64,000 nt of DNA. It comes from Terracidiphilus sp. (GTDB taxonomy: Bacteria; Acidobacteriota; Terriglobia; Terriglobales; Acidobacteriaceae). Shown in pieces: positions 18,783 through 28,354 of the stretch (position 1 is the first letter of the stretch; each line of letters begins with the position of its first letter). The translations under genes and the position numbers were made by a program. The stretch covers positions 41,779-105,778 of the forward strand of contig JBEKDE010000005.1 of assembly GCA_050014515.1 (NCBI GenBank), given 5' to 3'. The notes under the pieces were generated by a model, which did no database searches, was not told the DNA's origin, and worked only from the letters and a program-made list of their open reading frames with translations.

Positions 18783-21077
18783 ATGCACCCTGCGAAGCTT
18801 CTGCTCCGTATTCTGTCGATTGGACTGTTGTCCTCGTGCGTTCACGCCCAGGTGGCAGCGCAAATGCCGCCTCAGCCGATGGCGAAGGAACTGGATGCGA
18901 TCTTCAACTCGCGCACGTACAGCAGCAAGTCAGTGCAGCTGGCGTGGCAGAATGACGGCGATAACTACACCATTCTTGAGCCTGCCGCGAATGGCAAGGG
19001 CACGGACATTGTTGCTTACGAAACGGCGACCGGCAAGCGCACAGTTCTGATTGCTGCGGCGCAGCTTGTGCCTGCAGGCAAGACCGATCCAATCAACATT
19101 GAAGAGTATTCGTGGTCGGCGGACCGGAAGAAGCTGCTGGTCTTTACGAATTCAAAGAAGGTGTGGCGGCAGAATACGCGCGGCGATTACTGGGTCTTCG
19201 ACAGCGCGGTAAGTGCGCCAGCGGACCGTCTGAAAAAGCTGGGAGGCGATGCTCCGGAGTCGACGCTGATGTTTGCGACGTTTTCACCGGATTCGACGCA
19301 CGTGGCCTGGGTGCGCGCCAACAACATCTACGTGGAAGAGCTGGCGACCGGGAAGATTACGCAACTGACGTCGGATGGATCGTCGGACATAATCAACGGC
19401 ACGTCGGACTGGGTGAGCGAAGAGGAGCTTGATCTGCGTAATTGCTTCCGCTGGAGCCCGGACAGCCAGTCGATTGCGTATTGGCAGTTCGACCAGTCAG
19501 GAGTGGGTGAATACACGCTGATCAATGACACGGAAGCTGAATACCCGGTGACGTTCAAGTACAAATATCCGCAGCCCGGGACGACAAACTCCGCTGTGCG
19601 TGCGGGTGTTGTGGCCGCGAATGGCGGCCCTACCGAGTGGATCAAACTGCCGGGTGATGCGCGCAGCCACTACATTGCGGAGATGGATTGGGCTGGCAAT
19701 TCCTCCGAAGTCATGGTTGAGTACATCAACCGCCGGCAGGACACGAATGACCTGATGCTGGCGAATGCAAAGACAGGCGAGACTCGGCTGTTCTTTGAAG
19801 ACAAGGACAAGGCATGGGTTGTTCCTTCGCCGCTGGATTGGATTGAGCAGAATGGGGCGGGTAAGAGTGCGGACCTGTTGTGGATCAGTGAGCGCGACGG
19901 CTGGCGTCATGCGTATCGCGTGGATCGGAAGACTGGGCAGGCGCGACTGATCACCAACTTTCAAGCGGACTTGATTGAGAAAGTCGCGATGGATGTGAAG
20001 GGAGGGTGGCTCTACTTTCTGGCGTCGCCTGGCGATGCGGTGCGGCAGTATTTGTATCGATCGCGGCTGGATGGGCAGGGCGTGCCGGAGCGCGTGACAC
20101 CCCCGGCTGAGCCGGGGATGCACTATTACGGTATTGCGCCGGATGCGCGATGGGCGCTGCATGCCTTCAACAACTCGACGCGGCCCACCGATATCGAGAT
20201 AGTGAGCCTCCCCGATCACAAGCCGATCAGGATGCTTGTCGACAACTCCGAGTTGAAAACGAAGGCAGAGCCGCTGCTGAGATCGACGAAGGAGTTCATG
20301 CAGGTTCCGGTGGCGAACGGCGTGACGCTGGATGGGTGGATGATCAAGCCTCCGGATTTCGATCCGGGCAAGAAATATCCCGTGCTGGTGTATGTTTACG
20401 GTGAACCAGCGGCGATGACGGTGCGCGACAGTTGGGACGGCGGCCTAGGGTTGTTTTTTGACGCTATCGCGCAGCAGGGGTACCTGGTGATCAGCTTCGA
20501 CAACCAGGGAACACCGGCGCCGAAGGGGCGCGAATGGCGGAAGATCGTGTATGGCGCGGTGGGCGTTCTGTCGTCGGCGCAACAGGTGCAAGCGATTCAA
20601 GAGCTGGCGCGCGAACGGAATTACATTGACATATCAAGGATGGCGATCTGGGGTGCGAGCGGCGGCGGATCGAACACGCTCAACGTGATGTTCCGCTATC
20701 CGGGAGTGTTCACGACGGGCATCGCGCTTGCGCCGGTGGCCGATGAGAGCCACTACGACACCATTTACCAGGAGCGGTACATGGGATTGCCGGACGAGAA
20801 CAAGCAGGGCTACCACGATGGATCGCCGATCAGTTTTGCCGCTGGACTGACCGGGCATTTGCTGATGGTGCACGGATCCGGCGACGACAATGTTCACTAC
20901 CAGGGGACTGAGCTGTTGATCAACAAACTTGTGGAACTGGACAAACCGTTCGACTTCATGGTGTATCCCAACAGGACCCACGCGCTTTCAGAAGGGAAGG
21001 GAACGTCGCTGCATTTGTTCAGCTTGTTTACGCGCTACCTGGAAGAGCATGTACCGCCGGGCGGGGTGACGCAGTAG
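18783..21077 (+). CDS. Dipeptidyl peptidase IV-like S9 serine peptidase
   Basis: Beta-propeller with DWVSEEE and YPQPGT. Catalytic triad in WGASGGG, DDNVH and NRTH. Confidence 0.92.
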   Translation: MHPAKLLLRILSIGLLSSCVHAQVAAQMPPQPMAKELDAIFNSRTYSSKSVQLAWQNDGDNYTILEPAANGKGTDIVAYETATGKRTVLIAAAQLVPAGKTDPINIEEYSWSADRKKLLVFTNSKKVWRQNTRGDYWVFDSAVSAPADRLKKLGGDAPESTLMFATFSPDSTHVAWVRANNIYVEELATGKITQLTSDGSSDIINGTSDWVSEEELDLRNCFRWSPDSQSIAYWQFDQSGVGEYTLINDTEAEYPVTFKYKYPQPGTTNSAVRAGVVAANGGPTEWIKLPGDARSHYIAEMDWAGNSSEVMVEYINRRQDTNDLMLANAKTGETRLFFEDKDKAWVVPSPLDWIEQNGAGKSADLLWISERDGWRHAYRVDRKTGQARLITNFQADLIEKVAMDVKGGWLYFLASPGDAVRQYLYRSRLDGQGVPERVTPPAEPGMHYYGIAPDARWALHAFNNSTRPTDIEIVSLPDHKPIRMLVDNSELKTKAEPLLRSTKEFMQVPVANGVTLDGWMIKPPDFDPGKKYPVLVYVYGEPAAMTVRDSWDGGLGLFFDAIAQQGYLVISFDNQGTPAPKGREWRKIVYGAVGVLSSAQQVQAIQELARERNYIDISRMAIWGASGGGSNTLNVMFRYPGVFTTGIALAPVADESHYDTIYQERYMGLPDENKQGYHDGSPISFAAGLTGHLLMVHGSGDDNVHYQGTELLINKLVELDKPFDFMVYPNRTHALSEGKGTSLHLFSLFTRYLEEHVPPGGVTQ

Positions 21078-21430
21078 CACCTGCGATGCGGCAGATGCTC
21101 GCGGGAGGCTCGCACTGGCTTGGTTGCGTTTGCGGCAGGAGGAAGCCGCAAATGGAGAGCGTCTGCGCCGCGTCCCAGGACGCGAAGGCTTCATTGGGAG
21201 CTTTCCCAGGGCAGCGCTTCGCTTGCCCTGGGCTATTCTCATCCTGTCCCTATGGGACAGGCCCCTGCCCCCTGCGGTACGGCAGACGCGCGCTATACCT
21301 CACAGGAGATTCGTGGTTTCCCACAAATTCCGCGGAAAGAAGCGGAATGGATGGGGCGCGCGGCAAAAAGCAAGGGCAAGAGCAACCGCAGGTCCTTCGA
21401 CTCCCTTGGCAGCGCTACGGTCACTTGACA
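21074..21430. repeat. Mosaic REP-like cluster between convergent genes
   Basis: GTAGCACCTGCG unit (21074), ~130-bp GTCCC..CCCAGGG..CCCTGGG..GGGAC element (21168-21297), TTCCGC..GCGGAA hairpin (21312-21359) and AAGAGCAACCGCAGGTCCTTCGAC unit. Confidence 0.75.
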
Positions 21431-21489
21431 ATCTGTTTTTGCCATTGCGCATGATGACCGCATCCTTGAATAGACTTCTGACTCCCAGG

Positions 21490-22536
21490 CTACTTGAGCG
21501 AGCCCATGTCGATGACGAAGCGGTATTTCACGTCTTGCTTTAACAGGCGCTCGAAGGCTTCGTTGACCCTTTGAATTGGAATAACTTCAACATCCGAGAC
21601 GATGTTGTGCTGGCCGCAGTAGTCGAGCATTTCCTGGGTCTCGACCATGCCGCCGATCATGGAGCCGGCGATGGAGGCGCGGCGAGCGATCATGTTGAAG
21701 ATGCCAAATGAGGATGGCGTATCGGGCAGGCCGACGAGGCACATGGTGGCATCTTTTTTCAGCAGGACGATGTAGTCGTCGAGGGAGTGCGGTGCGGAAA
21801 CGGTGTCGAGAATGAAGTCGAACGAGTTGGTGTGAGCCTTCATAGCTTCAGGGTCGGTGGAGAGGACCACTTCGTCGGCGCCGAGCTTGAGCGCGTCGTC
21901 CTTCTTGGGCAGGTTGCGAGTGAACTGCACGACATGAGCGCCGAAGACGTGAGCAAACTTGAGCGCCATGTGGCCAAGTCCGCCGAGTCCGACGATGCCG
22001 ACCTTCTTGCCGGGACCAACCTTCCAGTGGCGCAGCGGTGAGTAGGTAGTGATGCCGGCGCAGAGCAACGGCGCGACTGCTGCGAGGTTAAGATTTGCGG
22101 GCACGCGGTGGGCGAAGCGCTCGTCCACAACGTAATTGGAAGCGTAGCCGCCCATGGTGATGGAGCCATCGACACGGTCGGGCGCAGCGTAAGTGAGCGT
22201 GGCGCCTTCCACACAGAAGTGCTCTTCGCCGCTGGAACAGGGAGCGCAGTGGCGGCAGGAGTCGACGATGACGCCGACTGCGGCGATCTCGCCGAGCTTG
22301 AACTTCTTGGACGAATTTCCCATCGCAACAACGCGGCCTACAATCTCATGGCCGGGGACCATCGGATAGATGGACTGGCCCCACTCATCGCGAGCCATGT
22401 GGAGGTCAGAGTGACAGACGCCGCAGTAGAGGATTTCAATGGCGATTTCAGTGGGACCGGGCTCGCGGCGCGTGAAGTTGAAGGGCACGAGCGGGGACTG
22501 GGCGTCGAGAGCGGCATAACCTTTGGAGGATGGCAC
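21490..22536 (-). CDS. Zn-dependent NAD(P)-alcohol dehydrogenase (YahK/cinnamyl-ADH-like)
   Basis: YCGVCHSDLH, GHEIVG, structural Zn C-x2-C-x2-C-x7-C, GLGGLG, YRFVID. Confidence 0.93.
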   Translation of the reverse strand: MPSSKGYAALDAQSPLVPFNFTRREPGPTEIAIEILYCGVCHSDLHMARDEWGQSIYPMVPGHEIVGRVVAMGNSSKKFKLGEIAAVGVIVDSCRHCAPCSSGEEHFCVEGATLTYAAPDRVDGSITMGGYASNYVVDERFAHRVPANLNLAAVAPLLCAGITTYSPLRHWKVGPGKKVGIVGLGGLGHMALKFAHVFGAHVVQFTRNLPKKDDALKLGADEVVLSTDPEAMKAHTNSFDFILDTVSAPHSLDDYIVLLKKDATMCLVGLPDTPSSFGIFNMIARRASIAGSMIGGMVETQEMLDYCGQHNIVSDVEVIPIQRVNEAFERLLKQDVKYRFVIDMGSLK

Positions 22537-22609
22537 GAGTGAATTCCTTTCCGGAAAAGTCTACAACAGGAGCGTGGCATCGCATCCGCTGCGGGTTGGC
22601 GCTGCTGAC

Positions 22610-22660
22610 GCGGGTTAGTTCCGCTTGCGCGGAGTTAGCACCGCTTAGGCGGAGTTAGCG
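22610..22660 (+). repeat. ~20-bp tandem repeat GCGGAGTTAGCACCGCTT
   Basis: Three adjacent degenerate units. A solo GCGGAGTTAGC copy lies near 48211. Confidence 0.6.
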
Positions 22661-22690
22661 AGTTTGCATCGGACATTGATTGACTGGGCC

Positions 22691-23536
22691 TCAGGGGTGT
22701 TGGGCGACGGCGACTCTTGGGATGGATTGGAGGTCTGGTACGAACTCGATTTGTTTGAAGCCGGAGGCGGCAAGCAGGGCTTCGATTGACTGAGACTGGC
22801 CGTAGCCGATTTCGAGGGCTAGATAGCCGCCGGGGACGAGACCGGTGAAGGCCTGGGGGATGAGGCGGCGGTAGATGTCAAGGCCGTCGGCGCCGGCGAA
22901 GAGGGCTAGCGCGGGCTCGTGGTCGCGAACTTCGACGGAGAGCGAATCGCGGTCGGTGGTGGGGACGTAGGGTGGGTTGGAGACAATAATTTCGAATTCT
23001 TCTCCGGCTACAGGGTCGAGGAGTTCGCCTTGGAGAAAGCGAATTGCCACTCCGTTGTGTTTGGCGTTTTTCTGGGCGATTGCGAGAGCTGACGTCGACA
23101 GGTCGATGGCCGTGATTGCGGCGTGAGGCAGATGGCTGGCTAGCGCGATTGCAATTGCGCCTGAGCCCGTGCCGATATCGACAATGCGAGGTTTGCGGAA
23201 TTGGTGAGCTAGCGCAATTACCTTTTCGACGAGGTGTTCTGTCTCTGGGCGTGTAATGAGCACATCTGGCGTTACGAGAAACGGAAGGCCGTAGAACTCG
23301 GCTTCGCCGGTGATGTATTGGATGGGCTCACCTGTCGCTCTCCGTTCGACCATTTCGCCGTAGTAAATGGCCTCCTCGGTCGAAAGCGCTACTTCCTGAT
23401 GCGTGATCAGCCATGCCCGGTTCTTATCGAGAACGAATCGAAGAAGAGTTTCCGCGTCCTGTCGAGCGCGTGCAGGGTGAGTGCCGCCGATCAAGCGGTT
23501 CTCGGCCAGATTCAGTTGGTCGCGCAAAGAGGGCAT
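22691..23536 (-). CDS. prmC: Release factor glutamine methyltransferase
   Basis: GEPIQYI, TRPETE, DIGTGSG, SNPPY, EIGYGQ. Directly downstream of prfA. Confidence 0.95.
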   Translation of the reverse strand: MPSLRDQLNLAENRLIGGTHPARARQDAETLLRFVLDKNRAWLITHQEVALSTEEAIYYGEMVERRATGEPIQYITGEAEFYGLPFLVTPDVLITRPETEHLVEKVIALAHQFRKPRIVDIGTGSGAIAIALASHLPHAAITAIDLSTSALAIAQKNAKHNGVAIRFLQGELLDPVAGEEFEIIVSNPPYVPTTDRDSLSVEVRDHEPALALFAGADGLDIYRRLIPQAFTGLVPGGYLALEIGYGQSQSIEALLAASGFKQIEFVPDLQSIPRVAVAQHP

Positions 23537-23585
23537 GGGAAGCAGCCTTGGAGGATGGCGCACGAATTTCGCTGAGAACTCATTC

Positions 23586-23652
23586 GAGGGCTAAAGCCCT
23601 CTAGCTCACTTATAGCGATTTGCGGCACGACTAAAGTCGTGCCCTTTCAAAG
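23586..23652. repeat. CTAAAG-loop REP doublet
   Basis: GAGGG-CTAAAG-CCCTC and GGCACGA-CTAAAG-TCGTGCC hairpins between prfA and prmC. Confidence 0.7.
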
Positions 23653-23674
23653 CTCCGACCAGGTTGGGCAAGGA

Positions 23675-24745
<1,071 letters not shown>

Positions 24746-25002
24746 GGTGGTTCCTCTTTTCATAAGGCGCGAAAACGCGCGGCCGGTTCTCTTGAAATTG
24801 TGTCGGGAAAAGGGCGGAAAACGGCTGCAGGCGGCGGGCGCCGCTAGAGGAGGGCCGGGATGGGCTGATGGAGAGCCATGGTGCTGCTCTAATTCTACCT
24901 TGAAATTCGATGCAGAAGTAACCTTGGCGACTCCCAATTCCGGCCAGGAGCCGAAAAGCAGCTCGGCCGGTGCGCAGCCAGCCACGACGTAGAATCATCG
25001 AG

Positions 25003-25623
25003 TCAGTCCAGGGGCACTACGGTGGGCCAGTGCAGAAAATGTTCCTCATCGCCGATTGCGATACGCGCAGGATAAATCGCCAAGTTACTCTCAAGCGCGA
25101 ATCCGGGATAGCCAACGGCCGTTGGCAGATCGAAGACTAGCGTAGTTTCAACACTTTGGCCCGGGCCAACTTCGGCATCCAGGCCGGGAAGACGGGGAGT
25201 CCCTGCTGCCAAGAGCGCGTCCGTGCCCTCCCTGGAAACCTCGTAAGTCCTGCCGGACCGGTCAATTAACACGCCTATTCGGCCGCGCTCCCGCTGCGTG
25301 CGGCCACGCGACCGATTAGTAATGCGGACGTGAACGGAATAAAGGGATCTACCCGCAAGCCTTGAAGGTGTGCGGTTATAACCCATCACCGCGAAGCACA
25401 TCTCATCAAAACAGCGGTCCTCCCCGATCGCTACAATGTGTTGCGGCGTGCTTAGGGCTACTGCAGTTCCCACTCCCAGGTAAAGGACCCAGGTAACGGC
25501 TGTGCATGCGACTAATCGCCCAACAGCGGCCCAACGCCGGCGGAAGAGCGCCACGGCCACTATGACAACAATCGTCGCAGTGGCAAAGACCAGAAGAATC
25601 AGAAGCAGATCGTAGATGGACAA
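25003..25623 (-). CDS. Membrane-anchored hypothetical protein (DUF4352-like C-terminal Ig fold)
   Basis: Probable TTG start, two N-terminal TMs, then VHVRITNRS...EVGPGQSVETTLVFDLP. The ORF-track 5' extension is the antisense of the M13 gene. Confidence 0.6.
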   Translation of the reverse strand: MSIYDLLLILLVFATATIVVIVAVALFRRRWAAVGRLVACTAVTWVLYLGVGTAVALSTPQHIVAIGEDRCFDEMCFAVMGYNRTPSRLAGRSLYSVHVRITNRSRGRTQRERGRIGVLIDRSGRTYEVSREGTDALLAAGTPRLPGLDAEVGPGQSVETTLVFDLPTAVGYPGFALESNLAIYPARIAIGDEEHFLHWPTVVPLD

Positions 25624-25854
25624 GGGTTCTCTCGATGTATCCGTTATCAATATGTCTATTACAGATACATCAAGACAGCGACAAAAAAGCAGGAGCTTTG
25701 ACTGAGGAGCCGGATTCCGTGACACTTCAAAGCCCAGGGAGCGCGGTCTGGCGCGCGTGACCGAGCGGTTGAATTCCTTCCCAACCGAGACAGAAGGTAG
25801 CGTGGACGTGGTATACCGGAGATGCCATTCATGGAGGCATTTTTTGGAGGAAGC

Positions 25855-27885
25855 ATGAAGCTGATCTGCGGGATCGTTGTGGCGGCGTTGGCGGTGGGAA
25901 CGGTGTGTTGTGCGCAGGATGCGGCGCTCAAGGGGATTGAGACGAGCGACCTGAACCGGTCCGTGAAGCCGTGCGACAACTTTTACGATTTTGCGAATGG
26001 GAGCTGGCGCGCACAGAATCCGATTCCCCCTTCCATGGACCGCTGGAGCCGGCGCTGGCAGGCGGGTGAGGTAAACAAGGACCAGTTGCGCAAGATTCTG
26101 GATGAAGTGTCGGCCATGCCGGAGCAGCCCAAAGGCAGCACGTCGCAGCTGACGGGGGATTTTTACGCGGCGTGCATCAATCAGAAGGCTGTGGACGCGG
26201 CAGGCATTGCACCGCTGAAGAAGTATCTCGATCAAATTGATGCGATTCACGACGTGGCGGGATTGCAGCAGGAGTTGCGCGATTTGCAAGCGGTGGGTGT
26301 GCAGGTCCCGTTCTATTTTGCGGGAACGCAGAATGCGCATGCGCCGACGGACATGATTGCCGATGTGGGCGCTTCCGGACTGGGATTGCCGGACCGCGAT
26401 TATTACGTGAAGACCGAAAAGCGCTTTGCGGATGCGCGCGCGCAGTACCTTGTTTACGTTGCGAAGATTTTCACGCTGAGCGGAGCTTCAGAGGTGGAGG
26501 CAAAGGCTGCGGCGCAGACGGTGATGGCGTTTGAGACGGCGCTGGCCAAGGCCACTCTCGACAACGTGGCGATGCGCGATCCGAAATCGGTTGATCATAT
26601 TGTGGATGTTGTTTCCCTTCAGGCGATGACGCCGCATTTTGATTGGAGCGAGTTCGTGAAGAGTGCGAGCGTGCAGCCCGGCCCGATCAACGTGGAGCAG
26701 CCTGCGTTTCTCACGGAGGTTGAGCGGCAGATCGATTCCACGCCGCTTGCGGATTGGAAGATTTACCTGCGCTGGCAGCTGATCAACAACAGCGCCAACG
26801 CGCTTTCAGCGCCGTTTGAGGATGCGCATTTCGAGTTTTACCAGAAGCAACTGGCCGGCGTGGGAGAGATGAAGCCGAGGGGGACGCGATGCGCTGAACA
26901 GACTGACGCGCTGCTGGGCGAGGCGCTGGGCCAGGAGTACGTGAAGCGGTATTTCCCGCCGGAAGCGAAGAAGCGCGCGGATGCGATGGTGGCCAACATC
27001 ATTGCGGCGATGCGCGAGACGCTGGAAGACAGCGATTGGATGACGCCGGCGACCAAGGCGCGGGCGATTGAGAAGATCAAGAACTTCCAGGTGAAGATCG
27101 GCTATCCGGACAAGTGGAAGGACTACTCGAGCGTGAAGATCGACCGCAGCGATTATTTTGGCGACACGATTGCGGGGGCTCGCTTTCAGGTGGCGGATAA
27201 CTGGTCGACGATCGGGAAGCCCGTGGATCGCACACGGTGGGGCATGACGCCGCCGACGTCGAATGCGTACTACAATCCGCTGATGAACGAGATTGTTTTT
27301 CCGGCGGGGATCTTGCAGCCGCCGGCGTTCAGCATGAAGTATACCGACGCGGTGAACTACGGAGCGATCGGCGTGGTGATCGGACATGAGATTTCGCACG
27401 GCTTCGACGACCAGGGAGCGCAGTTTGATGCGCAGGGCAAGCTGGACAACTGGTGGACCGCGGAAGACCTGGAGAAATTTCACGCGAAGACGGCTTGCGT
27501 GGTTAAGCAGTTTGATGGATTCACGATTGACGGGCCGGACAACATTCACATCAACGGGAAGCTGGTGCTGGGCGAGTCGATTGGCGATTTGTCGGGATTG
27601 AAGATTGCGTATCGCGCGTTCAAGAAGACGGCGCAGGGACAATCGGATGTGAAGATCGACGGGTTCACGCCGGACCAGCAGTTCTTTATCGCATGGGGTC
27701 AGTTCAGAGGGGATGAGACGCGGCCGGAGTCGCAGAAGCTGATGGTGCAGGGCGATCCGCATCCGGTGGCAAAGTACCGGGTGTTGGGGCCGCTGTCTAA
27801 CTTTCCGCCGTTTGCGGCTGCGTTCAGCTGCCCGGCCGGGTCGCAGATGACGAGGACAGACGCGGATCGGTGCGTGGTTTGGTAG
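25855..27885 (+). CDS. M13 (neprilysin/PepO-like) zinc metallopeptidase
   Basis: RBS GGAGG, signal peptide, PCDNFYDFANG, NAYYNP, GHEISHGFD, GESIGD. Confidence 0.95.
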   Translation: MKLICGIVVAALAVGTVCCAQDAALKGIETSDLNRSVKPCDNFYDFANGSWRAQNPIPPSMDRWSRRWQAGEVNKDQLRKILDEVSAMPEQPKGSTSQLTGDFYAACINQKAVDAAGIAPLKKYLDQIDAIHDVAGLQQELRDLQAVGVQVPFYFAGTQNAHAPTDMIADVGASGLGLPDRDYYVKTEKRFADARAQYLVYVAKIFTLSGASEVEAKAAAQTVMAFETALAKATLDNVAMRDPKSVDHIVDVVSLQAMTPHFDWSEFVKSASVQPGPINVEQPAFLTEVERQIDSTPLADWKIYLRWQLINNSANALSAPFEDAHFEFYQKQLAGVGEMKPRGTRCAEQTDALLGEALGQEYVKRYFPPEAKKRADAMVANIIAAMRETLEDSDWMTPATKARAIEKIKNFQVKIGYPDKWKDYSSVKIDRSDYFGDTIAGARFQVADNWSTIGKPVDRTRWGMTPPTSNAYYNPLMNEIVFPAGILQPPAFSMKYTDAVNYGAIGVVIGHEISHGFDDQGAQFDAQGKLDNWWTAEDLEKFHAKTACVVKQFDGFTIDGPDNIHINGKLVLGESIGDLSGLKIAYRAFKKTAQGQSDVKIDGFTPDQQFFIAWGQFRGDETRPESQKLMVQGDPHPVAKYRVLGPLSNFPPFAAAFSCPAGSQMTRTDADRCVVW

Positions 27886-27892
27886 CGCAGTC

Positions 27893-28333
27893 TTGAAGGA
27901 GACGAGCTTGAGCGAGAACAATCCGAAAGGAACCTCTGTCGCGGTGAAGCCGCGAAGGCCGGGTCACGAGCTCCCGTCCGCGACTGCCGTCGACGGATGG
28001 CGATACCACCACATTGGGATTCCGACCAATACGCCTCGTCCTGACGAGCGGTACTTGCCCTGGCTCAAAATCTACGTGTCGGGATTTGATTTCTGTCCTT
28101 ACGGCATTCAGTGGATGCGCTTTGACGCGGATGCGCCTTATCCCGAAGTCATCAAGACCGTGCCGCACGTTGCGTTTGAGGTGGATGATCTTGCAAAGGC
28201 GCTGGAAGGGAAGGAGATTCTGACGCCGCCGAATAGTCCGAGCGACGGCGTGATGGTAGCGATGATCGTTCACGATGGCGCCCCGGTGGAACTATTGGAG
28301 TTTACGCCGGAATTGAAGTCAAAACTGAAGTGA
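27893..28333 (+). CDS. VOC/glyoxalase-like protein
   Basis: YHHIGIPT, PHVAFEVDDL, PVELLEF. Confidence 0.7.
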   Translation: MKETSLSENNPKGTSVAVKPRRPGHELPSATAVDGWRYHHIGIPTNTPRPDERYLPWLKIYVSGFDFCPYGIQWMRFDADAPYPEVIKTVPHVAFEVDDLAKALEGKEILTPPNSPSDGVMVAMIVHDGAPVELLEFTPELKSKLK

Positions 28334-28354
28334 GAGTGCATTCGGCCTCATTTC

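Noticed and set aside
22610-22660. Possible mini-CRISPR
   Set aside because: Units are ~20 bp and directly adjacent, with no unique spacers and no cas genes.
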